From: Candidatus Planktophila sp.
GTDB lineage: Bacteria; Actinomycetota; Actinomycetes; Nanopelagicales; Nanopelagicaceae
Assembly: GCA_040402335.1 (NCBI GenBank)
Contig: JBBAMX010000008.1
Coordinates: 4,925-68,924, forward strand
Direction of reading: 5' to 3'
Length of the DNA: 64,000 nt
Under the pieces are notes generated by a model that was given only the letters and a program-made list of their open reading frames with translations, did not search any database and was not told where the DNA came from. This document shows positions 26,684 through 34,821 of the stretch, one piece after another (position 1 is the first letter of the stretch; each line of letters starts with the position of its first letter). Made by a program: the position numbers and the translations under genes.

Positions 26684-28240
26684 ATGGCATATGCACGGGG
26701 TGAGGCCAACGCCCTTGGCTGGCGCAATGTTGTTGAGTGTGAAGATGAAGAGCACAGCGGCCATAGCTTTCCACGTTCAAGTAATCCGCTGCTACTGCTG
26801 CACCATCTCTCGGATCTTCATGTCTGTGATGCGCAGTCCCCCACGCGTCCCGAGTATTTAGATCGATGGGCCGATCCAGATAGTCCTATCCGAGAACAAG
26901 TAGGCACCATCGGGACTTATCGTCCGCAGGCAATGTTGTCACCACATGTTGTAGAGGCGATGATCCAATCGCTTAATAAAATTACTCATGGTCCACTCTC
27001 TGGTCACGATATTAATGCGGCAATTATTACCGGTGATACAACTGATAACGCTCAACTCAATGAGCTCAACTGGTATTTAGCGCTCTTAGATGGTTTAGAT
27101 CTTCGCCCCGATTCAGGTGACTACCAAAGCTATGAGGGCGTTATAGATGATGGCGCCGATCACTACGACACTCGTTACTGGCACCCACACGGAACTCCAG
27201 GCGGTGAGCTAGATGATGATGCTCGCGCAAAGTATGGCTTTCCAGTTATCCCCAATCTTTTAAACTCTTGTCGTCAAGCATTTAAAGCTACCGGCCTTAA
27301 ATTTCCTTGGTATGCCGTGCATGGAAATCACGATGCGCTCCTGCAAGGTACGGTCGCACCACAATCGCAGATACAAAAGGAGATGATTGGTAACCGGCGA
27401 TACACCGAACTTCCTTCAAACATCTCTCTCCCCGAACTCCTTTCCAATTTTCAAGAGGTTGGTCCAGCCGCATTCCCGCCGGCCTTTGATGCCGCCTTTG
27501 TCGAAGTAACGGCCGACCTGACGCGCCGAGCCGTTGAACGTGGGGAGTTTGCCGCAATGCATTTGGCATCCCCAACGCTTCCCAAAGGCCATGGCTTCAA
27601 TCAAACGCACGTTGATGAAAAACATATGTACTACTCAACACAAATCGGAGCAGTCAAACTTATAGTCCTCGATAGTGTCAATCAATTTGGTGGATGGCAG
27701 GGCTCACTTGATATCGATCAGTTTAATTGGCTGGAAAAAGAGGTTGCAGACTCTGATCGGCCAGTAGTTCTGGCCTCCCATCATCCATTAAGCAAAATGT
27801 TTAATGGATACGCCCCAGTCGGAAGGCGTATCTGCGTCGAAGAGATTCAAACCATGCTTTTAAAATATCCAGGGGTGATCGCCTGGATCGCCGGCCATGA
27901 ACATCGCCATCATATTAAATGGATCGGTGCCGAAGTAGAGGTGCAAGGCTTTTGGCAGATTGAAACGGCATCACACGCCGATTGGCCACAGCAATCTCGA
28001 ACCATTGAAATTGTTCGAGATGAGATCGGAGATATTTACTTCGGCCTGAGCGTAATCGACCATGCAGGTGAGGCGGCCTTTGGGGATGCCAAAACTCCAC
28101 TCGAGTTAGCCGCCCTTTCTCGGATAGTCAGTGGAAATATCTGGCAAAAGCGCCCAGAACTCGGCTCGACGCATGATGTCAACTGGTGGAGTGGGCGAGT
28201 AGAGGATAGAAATGTCGTGCTAAAAATCTCACGGCGTTAG
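26684..28240 (+). CDS. Actinobacterial metallophosphoesterase (TIGR03767-like)
   Basis: SDLHVCDAQSP, ITGDTTDN, VHGNHD, SHH, AGHEH motifs. Start reassigned to ATG 26684. Subfamily assignment is from memory. Confidence 0.75.
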   Translation: MAYARGEANALGWRNVVECEDEEHSGHSFPRSSNPLLLLHHLSDLHVCDAQSPTRPEYLDRWADPDSPIREQVGTIGTYRPQAMLSPHVVEAMIQSLNKITHGPLSGHDINAAIITGDTTDNAQLNELNWYLALLDGLDLRPDSGDYQSYEGVIDDGADHYDTRYWHPHGTPGGELDDDARAKYGFPVIPNLLNSCRQAFKATGLKFPWYAVHGNHDALLQGTVAPQSQIQKEMIGNRRYTELPSNISLPELLSNFQEVGPAAFPPAFDAAFVEVTADLTRRAVERGEFAAMHLASPTLPKGHGFNQTHVDEKHMYYSTQIGAVKLIVLDSVNQFGGWQGSLDIDQFNWLEKEVADSDRPVVLASHHPLSKMFNGYAPVGRRICVEEIQTMLLKYPGVIAWIAGHEHRHHIKWIGAEVEVQGFWQIETASHADWPQQSRTIEIVRDEIGDIYFGLSVIDHAGEAAFGDAKTPLELAALSRIVSGNIWQKRPELGSTHDVNWWSGRVEDRNVVLKISRR

Positions 28241-28272
28241 CTGCACATCAAGCTTCCTATAGAATTAAGCAC

Positions 28273-28569
28273 ATGAGCGAGTATCAGATAATGCGTTGGC
28301 GTGAAATTCCATCAATGGTGATCGCACGTGCCGGTGAGACAACAATAAAAGTGATGCTTGAATCACGCTTTCAAGAAGCTATAGATGAGGCCGCTATGCG
28401 ATTAGGCGCAATCGATGCCGATGCATATACCTCGGGCTGGAACCGCGGAGCCTGGATCGAATCAAGTGAGTCTCCAGATGTGCTTGCACCCCGCATAGCT
28501 AGCGAGTTAGAGGCAGAGTTGAGCGTTGAAAAACTAGAAGAGTTATTAAACAATTTAGGTGAAAAATAA
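28273..28569 (+). CDS. Small 'virulence factor' domain (PF13769-like) protein of unknown function
   Basis: WREIPSMV, RFQEAIDEAAM, DAYTSGW. Stop overlaps the next ATG. Confidence 0.7.
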   Translation: MSEYQIMRWREIPSMVIARAGETTIKVMLESRFQEAIDEAAMRLGAIDADAYTSGWNRGAWIESSESPDVLAPRIASELEAELSVEKLEELLNNLGEK

Positions 28570-29459
28570 TGTCAGCAATCTATGAGGCGTTAGAAAAGGC
28601 AACTCTGGTTTCAGATGGAGCGATGGGGACCATGCTGCAAGATCGCGGACTCACCGATGGTGGTGCGCCAGAGCTTTGGAACGTCGAAAAACCCGATCAA
28701 ATTGAGTCGGTCTTAGAGGGGTATGCAGCCGCTGGGGCACGATTCATTACAACTAATACTTTTGGTGGAACTCATGGTCGCTTGGCGATGCATGGTTTAG
28801 AAGATCGCCTATTTGAGCTCAATCAAGCCGGTGCCCAGATCGCACGAAGAGTTGCCGATCGACATCCTGGCTGTTTTGTTATGGGAGATATTGGACCCTC
28901 TGGAGATCTCATGGAGCCAATGGGCACAATGACTCTTGAAAGCGGTCAGGCGTTATTTGCCGAACAGATCCGCGCACTTGTCGCCGGCGGTGTCGATGCG
29001 ATTCTCATCGAGACAATGTCGGATTTAGGCGAGGTCGAGGCGGCAGTAAACGCCGCAAAAGAGGTCGCACCCGGAATGCCGATTATTACCATGATGAGTT
29101 TTGATACCAACCTTCGAACGATGATGGGAGTTAAGCCAGGAATGGCAGTTACTCATATCGCTGGGCTTGGAGTTCGCATCATCGGCGCAAACTGTGGTCG
29201 AGGTACGGATGAAATGTTAGTTTTAGCCGAAGAGATGGTTAAGGCTCGGCCAGAGGGAGTATTTATTATTACTCAATCAAATGCTGGTCTACCAAAACTC
29301 CAAGGTGATGAGTTCATTTACGACGGCACCCCCGCAGAGATGGCTAAACATGCAAATAAGATGAAAGAGATCGGCGTAAATATCATTGGCTCCTGTTGTG
29401 GATCGACACCAGCCCATACTGCCGCAATCGCCGCTGCCATTACGGCGACATCTGCTTAA
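28569..29459 (+). CDS. Stand-alone homocysteine S-methyltransferase domain (split MetH)
   Basis: VSDGAMGTML, PELWN, TNTFGG, GDIGPSG, IETMSD, Zn ligands GANCG and IIGSCCGST. No B12, pterin or AdoMet domains. Confidence 0.9.
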   Translation: MSAIYEALEKATLVSDGAMGTMLQDRGLTDGGAPELWNVEKPDQIESVLEGYAAAGARFITTNTFGGTHGRLAMHGLEDRLFELNQAGAQIARRVADRHPGCFVMGDIGPSGDLMEPMGTMTLESGQALFAEQIRALVAGGVDAILIETMSDLGEVEAAVNAAKEVAPGMPIITMMSFDTNLRTMMGVKPGMAVTHIAGLGVRIIGANCGRGTDEMLVLAEEMVKARPEGVFIITQSNAGLPKLQGDEFIYDGTPAEMAKHANKMKEIGVNIIGSCCGSTPAHTAAIAAAITATSA

Positions 29460-30257
29460 ATGAAAAGTAAGATTCTTCTCATAGGTATCGATGGGATTAA
29501 TCTCGAAACTGCACTTGAAACCTCTCCCACAATAACTGCTTTGAAGAACTCTGGATATTTCACCGCCCTGACTATGCAGGTGCCAACCTGGTCTGGGCCG
29601 GGTTGGTCAACTATCTTGACTGGCTCCACCCACGAGCAACACGGGGTGCGTGATAACACTTTAGTTGGGCATAAGTTGCTGCATTGCCCCGATTTGCTAT
29701 CACTTGCTTACTACCAAGATCAGAGTACGACAACATTTGCCGCAGCTGGTTGGCCACCATTAGTTGATCCCAATGGCCATGGCCCAATCATCCAAGAACG
29801 GCGTGAACAACAAAAAGCCTATCGCCATCGCATCATCGCCCGAGATGGTGAAACCTATGGATATACGGCGGTTGATGCCGAGATTTATCAGGCTTCACTT
29901 TTCGCCATTGAAAGTTTTGCCCCCGATATTTCTTTTGTTTATTTCTGTGGGGTCGATGAAGCTGGGCATTTATATGGATCAGTTGGGCAAGAGTATCGCG
30001 CAGCAATTTCGCGAATAGATAGTTTTATTGCGAATCTGCTTAAAGCCGTTCAAGTGAGGGCATCTGCCGATGAACCATGGTTAGTTGTCTTAACTACCGA
30101 TCATGGACATATAAACGCTGGCGGCCATGGCGGTGAGTCTGCCCAAGAGCGCGCCTCCTTCGTGATTGCACAGGGCATTGGGCGGACAAATCCAGTTTGG
30201 CCAGAGTCATTTGAGCCCCACGAATTAGCTCGATTATTATTAGCAGAGCGGGCTTAG
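29460..30257 (+). CDS. Alkaline-phosphatase-superfamily nucleotide pyrophosphatase/phosphodiesterase
   Basis: LIGIDG, TWSGPGWSTILTG, DEAGH, TTDHGH. No signal peptide evident. Confidence 0.85.
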   Translation: MKSKILLIGIDGINLETALETSPTITALKNSGYFTALTMQVPTWSGPGWSTILTGSTHEQHGVRDNTLVGHKLLHCPDLLSLAYYQDQSTTTFAAAGWPPLVDPNGHGPIIQERREQQKAYRHRIIARDGETYGYTAVDAEIYQASLFAIESFAPDISFVYFCGVDEAGHLYGSVGQEYRAAISRIDSFIANLLKAVQVRASADEPWLVVLTTDHGHINAGGHGGESAQERASFVIAQGIGRTNPVWPESFEPHELARLLLAERA

Positions 30258-30264
30258 TGAAGAT

Positions 30265-31173
30265 ATGGACCTCAATAAAGTCATTCTCTACTACGCCTTT
30301 ACTCCGATTTCAGATCCACAGGCGGTGATGTTGTGGCAAAAGACTCTATGTGAATCGCTGAATCTCAAAGGACGCATTCTCATCGCTCCGCATGGAATCA
30401 ATGGGACTCTCGGTGGCGACATGGAGGATCTCAAGAAATACGTTAAGAGCACCCGCTCTTACTCAGGTTTTCGAAAGATCGATTTTAAGTGGTCACAAGG
30501 TACCGGCCATGATTTTCCTAAATTAAAAGTCAAAGTAAAAACTGAACTCGTAGCCTTTGGCAATCCCGATGAGATTGAAGTCGGCGAAAATGGAGTGATC
30601 GGTGGTGGAGTCCACTTGCGTCCGGACGAGGTAAACAAACTCTGCGATGAGCGGGGCGAAGACGTTATATTCTTTGATGTTCGCAATGCATTTGAAGCCA
30701 AAGTAGGAAAGTTTAAAGATGCAGTCGTACCAAATATAAATACTTCTCATGGTTTTATTCAAGCAATCGAAAGTGGAATGTACGATCATATAAAAGATAA
30801 GCCAATAGTTGCTTACTGTACGGGTGGGGTTCGCTGCGAAATCATCACGATGGTAATGAAAAAACATGGATTTAAAGAGGTTTATCAGATTAAAGGTGGG
30901 ATCTTTCGTTATGGGACGTCATTTGGCGATGATGGTTTATGGGATGGTTCGCTCTACACTTTTGATGATCGCCTGACGATCGATTTCAGCGATCACACCA
31001 AGCTAATCGGTGAATGTGCTCACTGCGGCGCGGCAACTAAAGAGTTTAGAAACTGCCAAAAGCCCTCCTGTCACCAGTTGGTTCTCTTATGTCAAGGCTG
31101 CTATGACTCCCACTTAGAGCGTCCGTGCAAGCATGATCGAGAGTTAAAACGCAGCCCTGATCTGGCGGGCTAG
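30265..31173 (+). CDS. trhO: tRNA U34 hydroxylase, rhodanese-domain (YceA/TrhO)
   Basis: LKGRILIAPHGINGT, DVRNAFE..VGKF, YCTGGVRCE, C-terminal Cys cluster. Confidence 0.88.
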   Translation: MDLNKVILYYAFTPISDPQAVMLWQKTLCESLNLKGRILIAPHGINGTLGGDMEDLKKYVKSTRSYSGFRKIDFKWSQGTGHDFPKLKVKVKTELVAFGNPDEIEVGENGVIGGGVHLRPDEVNKLCDERGEDVIFFDVRNAFEAKVGKFKDAVVPNINTSHGFIQAIESGMYDHIKDKPIVAYCTGGVRCEIITMVMKKHGFKEVYQIKGGIFRYGTSFGDDGLWDGSLYTFDDRLTIDFSDHTKLIGECAHCGAATKEFRNCQKPSCHQLVLLCQGCYDSHLERPCKHDRELKRSPDLAG

Positions 31174-31219
31174 GCCAGTGGTACTGCCCATCGCGTGCGC
31201 CCTCGATAACGTGGCTGAG

Positions 31220-32455
31220 ATGAATTATGGGAAAAGATTCCTAACTTCCGAAGCGGAAAGACTTTTAGATTTTGCAAAGTTATCATTTCTACCTCAAGGT
31301 GGATTTGGATATTTAAATAACTTGGGCGAAATCGATACTACTAAGCCACGCGAAGTTTATATTCAATGCCGAATGATACAAACATTAGGCCTTGGGCATT
31401 TATTAGGTCTCACTTCTGCCCTTGATCACATTAATCATGGTGTAGATGCGTTATTAGATTTGTTTTACGATAAGAAAAACGATGGCTTTTACAGTGCAAT
31501 TGACCTATCAAATCAACCCACCACACTCAATAAAATGGCTTACGATCACATGTTTGTAATGTTGGCCGCTTGCACTGCCAAAGTGGCAGGGTGCCCCCGA
31601 GCCGATGAGCTTTTTTCGATTATCGATAGCGTTATTGATCGTTATTTTTGGGATAAAGATTTTAAGATGATGAACAATAGTTGGGATCTAGAGTTTAAAG
31701 TTTTGGATAACTACCGCGGAATAAATGCAAATATGCATGCCGTAGAGGCGATGGCTGCAGCCTTTGATCTTACCGGAGACCAAAAATACCTGGATCGTTC
31801 CTACGCCATCTGCCATAGAAGTATTGATGGCTTTGCCAAGGAAAATGATTGGATACTGCCAGAGCATTTCAATGAGAAGTGGCAAGTTATTCGGGATTTT
31901 AATATCGAGAATCCAAGCGATCCCTTCCGACCTTTTGGTGTAACTATCGGACACTTATTTGAATGGTCCAGGCTAATAATTCAACTTGAAATTCAACTCA
32001 AAGATAGCCAATTAGATCGTTCTTGGATTCTTCCGTCAGCTGTGGGGCTTTATGAGTGTGCCACGCAATCTGGTTGGTCGGCCGATGGGAGCGATGGCTT
32101 TGTATACACAGTTGATTGGCAGTCCAAACCCGTTGTTCGTTCCCGAATGTTTTGGGTAGTAGCCGAGGCCGTGATGACGGCTTACACACTCTGGGTTATT
32201 ACCGATGATGCTGGATATCTCAAGGACTACTCGAACTGGTGGGCATATATCGATGCTCACATGATCGACCGTGAAAATGGATCTTGGTTTCATGAGTTAG
32301 ACCCCAATGGAGGAGTTGTCTCGCACACTTGGTCGGGTAAGCCCGATACTTACCACGCCTTTAACGCATGCGTTCTCCCCCTCTATCCTCTTGGGTCAAG
32401 TTTTATTGGAACGGTTTTAAGCTTACAAAAAAAATCTAGCGATTCACTTCCGTAG
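31220..32455 (+). CDS. AGE-family epimerase/isomerase (YihS/mannose isomerase-like)
   Basis: YDHMFVMLA, RGINANMHAVEA, LPEHF, TIGHLFEW, FWVVAEA, SWFHEL, KPDTYH. Start reassigned from GTG 31178 to ATG 31220. Confidence 0.88.
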   Translation: MNYGKRFLTSEAERLLDFAKLSFLPQGGFGYLNNLGEIDTTKPREVYIQCRMIQTLGLGHLLGLTSALDHINHGVDALLDLFYDKKNDGFYSAIDLSNQPTTLNKMAYDHMFVMLAACTAKVAGCPRADELFSIIDSVIDRYFWDKDFKMMNNSWDLEFKVLDNYRGINANMHAVEAMAAAFDLTGDQKYLDRSYAICHRSIDGFAKENDWILPEHFNEKWQVIRDFNIENPSDPFRPFGVTIGHLFEWSRLIIQLEIQLKDSQLDRSWILPSAVGLYECATQSGWSADGSDGFVYTVDWQSKPVVRSRMFWVVAEAVMTAYTLWVITDDAGYLKDYSNWWAYIDAHMIDRENGSWFHELDPNGGVVSHTWSGKPDTYHAFNACVLPLYPLGSSFIGTVLSLQKKSSDSLP

Positions 32456-32563
32456 AAAATCGAGTATGAGTTGTGAGTCATTTTCTGGTTTGCTAGTGGC
32501 AACTCTGTTCGGTGGATTCGATCACAGCGCAATCATTCTTGAAATTACGCCACGTAGTACTTC

Positions 32564-33463
32564 CTAATTTCTAAAAACAATATTCTCGGGCTCCTTACCT
32601 GCAGCTATAGCCGCCAACTGATTTTCCACAAAGATTTTACCTTTACTCTCGAAAATATCTGAGTTACCCCCAACATGTGGTGATAATAAAAGGTTTTTAG
32701 CGCTCCACAAATTATGGTCTGCAGGTAATGGCTCCGGGTCTGTTACGTCTAACCCGGCAAAAAGACGACCAGAGTTCAACTCGGAAACAAGTGCCTCAGT
32801 ATCAATAATTCGACCACGAGCCACGTTTATAATCACCGATCCATCCTTCATTAAAGCCAAACGCTGGGCATTAAACAAATGCTGACTTTGTGCATTGAGG
32901 GGAAGAGTGAGAAAAACAAAATCAAATGTCGGTAACAAATCATCTAATGCATCCATCGAGAGGGAACCGTTTTTTGGTGAGCGTGAAAAACCGGTAACTG
33001 ATACATCAAAGCCAGTGAGTGCCCGCCCTAAGCACTGTCCAATAGATCCAAATCCAACTATTGCAATATTGCTTCCATTAAAAGATGGATAACGTTTATG
33101 GCTCCACTGTCCCCTGTCGGCTGCTCTTACAAAATCATGAAAACCACGTCGAACCCCAATGGCCAAGCCAATTGCTAACTCGGAGGTGGCGGCATCATGT
33201 ACTCCACGTGCATTGCACAAGATCGCACCCTTTGGTGTGAACTCTATCGCGTCCTCATAGCCGGCATTAGGAACTTGGAAGTAACTTAAACTTTTCATTT
33301 TTAGGGCATATTCAAACGTCTCTTTGCCTCCCATGTATTGTGGGACATAGAAATCAATTTTTCCAAGGTCGTTATCATCCAGAGAAAAATTATCTGGTGA
33401 TAACCGAGTAAAACCTTCAGGGATTTTTAAGTCACTCCATTGGGACCATACCGATAGATTCAT
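32564..33463 (-). CDS. D-isomer-specific 2-hydroxyacid dehydrogenase
   Basis: VGFGSIG, INVARG, LDVTDPEPLP, SPHVGG. Start reassigned to ATG 33463. Confidence 0.9.
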   Translation of the reverse strand: MNLSVWSQWSDLKIPEGFTRLSPDNFSLDDNDLGKIDFYVPQYMGGKETFEYALKMKSLSYFQVPNAGYEDAIEFTPKGAILCNARGVHDAATSELAIGLAIGVRRGFHDFVRAADRGQWSHKRYPSFNGSNIAIVGFGSIGQCLGRALTGFDVSVTGFSRSPKNGSLSMDALDDLLPTFDFVFLTLPLNAQSQHLFNAQRLALMKDGSVIINVARGRIIDTEALVSELNSGRLFAGLDVTDPEPLPADHNLWSAKNLLLSPHVGGNSDIFESKGKIFVENQLAAIAAGKEPENIVFRN

Positions 33464-33502
33464 TGGCAAAGAGTACACATAAGTGGTTTACTAAACTCCA
33501 TT

Positions 33503-33949
33503 ATGAAGAAGTTCATCAAACTTAGATCTTCCAAAGGCTGGATCGTCGTATTAGCTACTCTGATTGGCCTTACTTTCGGCGGCTACTCTTTTACAAAAAA
33601 TGCGGTCAGCACTCAGGTGTACGTCACAAACTGTGGAAAGTTAGATTACAAGCCATCGCTCATCATTAAATTCTGTGCCGATGCCGGGGTTCTTATTAGC
33701 CACATAGAGTGGTCGAGTTGGAGCGCCGATAGTGCAGTCGGTAAGGGCGCATATGAGATTAACGACTGCCAACCAACATGTGTTGCCGGGAAAGTTCATC
33801 ACGCCGATATAGAAATCGTATTAAGTAAGTCAAAGCTCATTCAAGAAAAAAGAGCTCTGAGCTTTATAACTATCAAATCCAAAGATGGAAAGAATCTGCC
33901 TTTAAGTAACTCCCCTATCGATGAATGGCCGCTGGAGTTGGCGGGCTAA
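33503..33949 (+). CDS. Hypothetical secreted or membrane-anchored protein
   Basis: Basic N-terminus, hydrophobic segment and 4 Cys (NCG, FCADAG, DCQPTC). No family recognised. Confidence 0.65.
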   Translation: MKKFIKLRSSKGWIVVLATLIGLTFGGYSFTKNAVSTQVYVTNCGKLDYKPSLIIKFCADAGVLISHIEWSSWSADSAVGKGAYEINDCQPTCVAGKVHHADIEIVLSKSKLIQEKRALSFITIKSKDGKNLPLSNSPIDEWPLELAG

Positions 33950-33956
33950 CGCAGTT

Positions 33957-34580
33957 TTACCTGGGAGAAGTAAGCAACAAGATAGCCGCTAGAGCGAGAA
34001 TACCGATCGCTGAAAATGCGGTAAGAGCTCTACGTACCTTAGGTCTTGCCAATACCGTTGCCGCTCGCCCAATTATGGTGATGAGGAAGGAGTACCAAAC
34101 CACCGATGTGAGGGCTTGAACAGTAGCTAATATAAAGATTCCCCAACCTAAACTAAAATCCTTCGGCACAAAGGCCGGGATAAATGCAACGGCGAAGACG
34201 GCCGCCTTTACATTTGTTAAGTTAGTTAAGAAACCTAAACGAAAGGCTGGGATCAATCCGGTTTTGGCTTGGCCATCTAAATCGAACTTACCGAACTCTT
34301 TTCTCAGTGACCAGAGCGTTTGCAGGGCGAGAGCAGTTAGAAAGGCGACGCCGACAAATTTTAGAATCGTGTAGGCCAAGTGGGATCTGGCAAAGATTTC
34401 CGACAGACCAACTGCCGATGCACCGCCCCAAAATACGAGGCCACTACTCGTACCAATCAAAGTCATGAACGCGGTCTTTGAGCCACCCACAATCGCCTGA
34501 CGCAAAAACATCGCAACCGTCTGCCCAGGTACAACGACAAGTAAAAAGGCAGTTGCAATGAATGCCGGGAGAGCTTTCAT
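33957..34580 (-). CDS. LysE/RhtB-family translocator
   Basis: VVPGQ, GSKTAF, GFLTNLTNVKA. Start is ATG 34580 or 34592. Confidence 0.88.
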   Translation of the reverse strand: MKALPAFIATAFLLVVVPGQTVAMFLRQAIVGGSKTAFMTLIGTSSGLVFWGGASAVGLSEIFARSHLAYTILKFVGVAFLTALALQTLWSLRKEFGKFDLDGQAKTGLIPAFRLGFLTNLTNVKAAVFAVAFIPAFVPKDFSLGWGIFILATVQALTSVVWYSFLITIIGRAATVLARPKVRRALTAFSAIGILALAAILLLTSPR

Positions 34581-34595
34581 CAGTGAAACCATACG

Positions 34596-34668
34596 TAGCC
34601 CCGAAGGGATTCGAACCCTCGTAGCTGACTTGAGAAGCCAGAGTCCTAGGCCGCTAGACGACGGGGCC
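34596..34668 (-). tRNA. tRNA-Glu(CTC)
   Basis: GGCCCCG/CGGGGCT acceptor stem, anticodon loop TTCTCAA, T-loop GGTTCGAATCC. CCA not encoded. Confidence 0.93.
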
Positions 34669-34719
34669 GTGCTTGTGTAAAACTAGGACAAACATATTCA
34701 GTTGTTTTTCTTTACTGCG

Positions 34720-34791
34720 CTGGGGTACCAGGACTCGAACCTAGACTTACTGAACCAGAATCAGCAGGGCTGCCAATTACCCCATACCCCA
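34720..34791 (-). tRNA. tRNA-Gln(CTG)
   Basis: TGGGGTA/TACCCCA acceptor stem, anticodon loop TTCTGGT, GGTTCGAGTCC. CCA not encoded. Confidence 0.95.
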
Positions 34792-34821
34792 ATACTTCAA
34801 GCGGTAAGAATACCGTATCGA

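Noticed and set aside
26660-26764. Genuine divergent overlap of mobA and the phosphoesterase
   Set aside because: Recognisable domains begin at 26665 and 26684, and the extensions are start-calling artefacts.
32456-32567. Small ORF MSCESFSGLL... (from 32466, 33 aa) or an sRNA in the gap
   Set aside because: No SD or -10 at a suitable distance, no recognisable motif and no clear stable structure.
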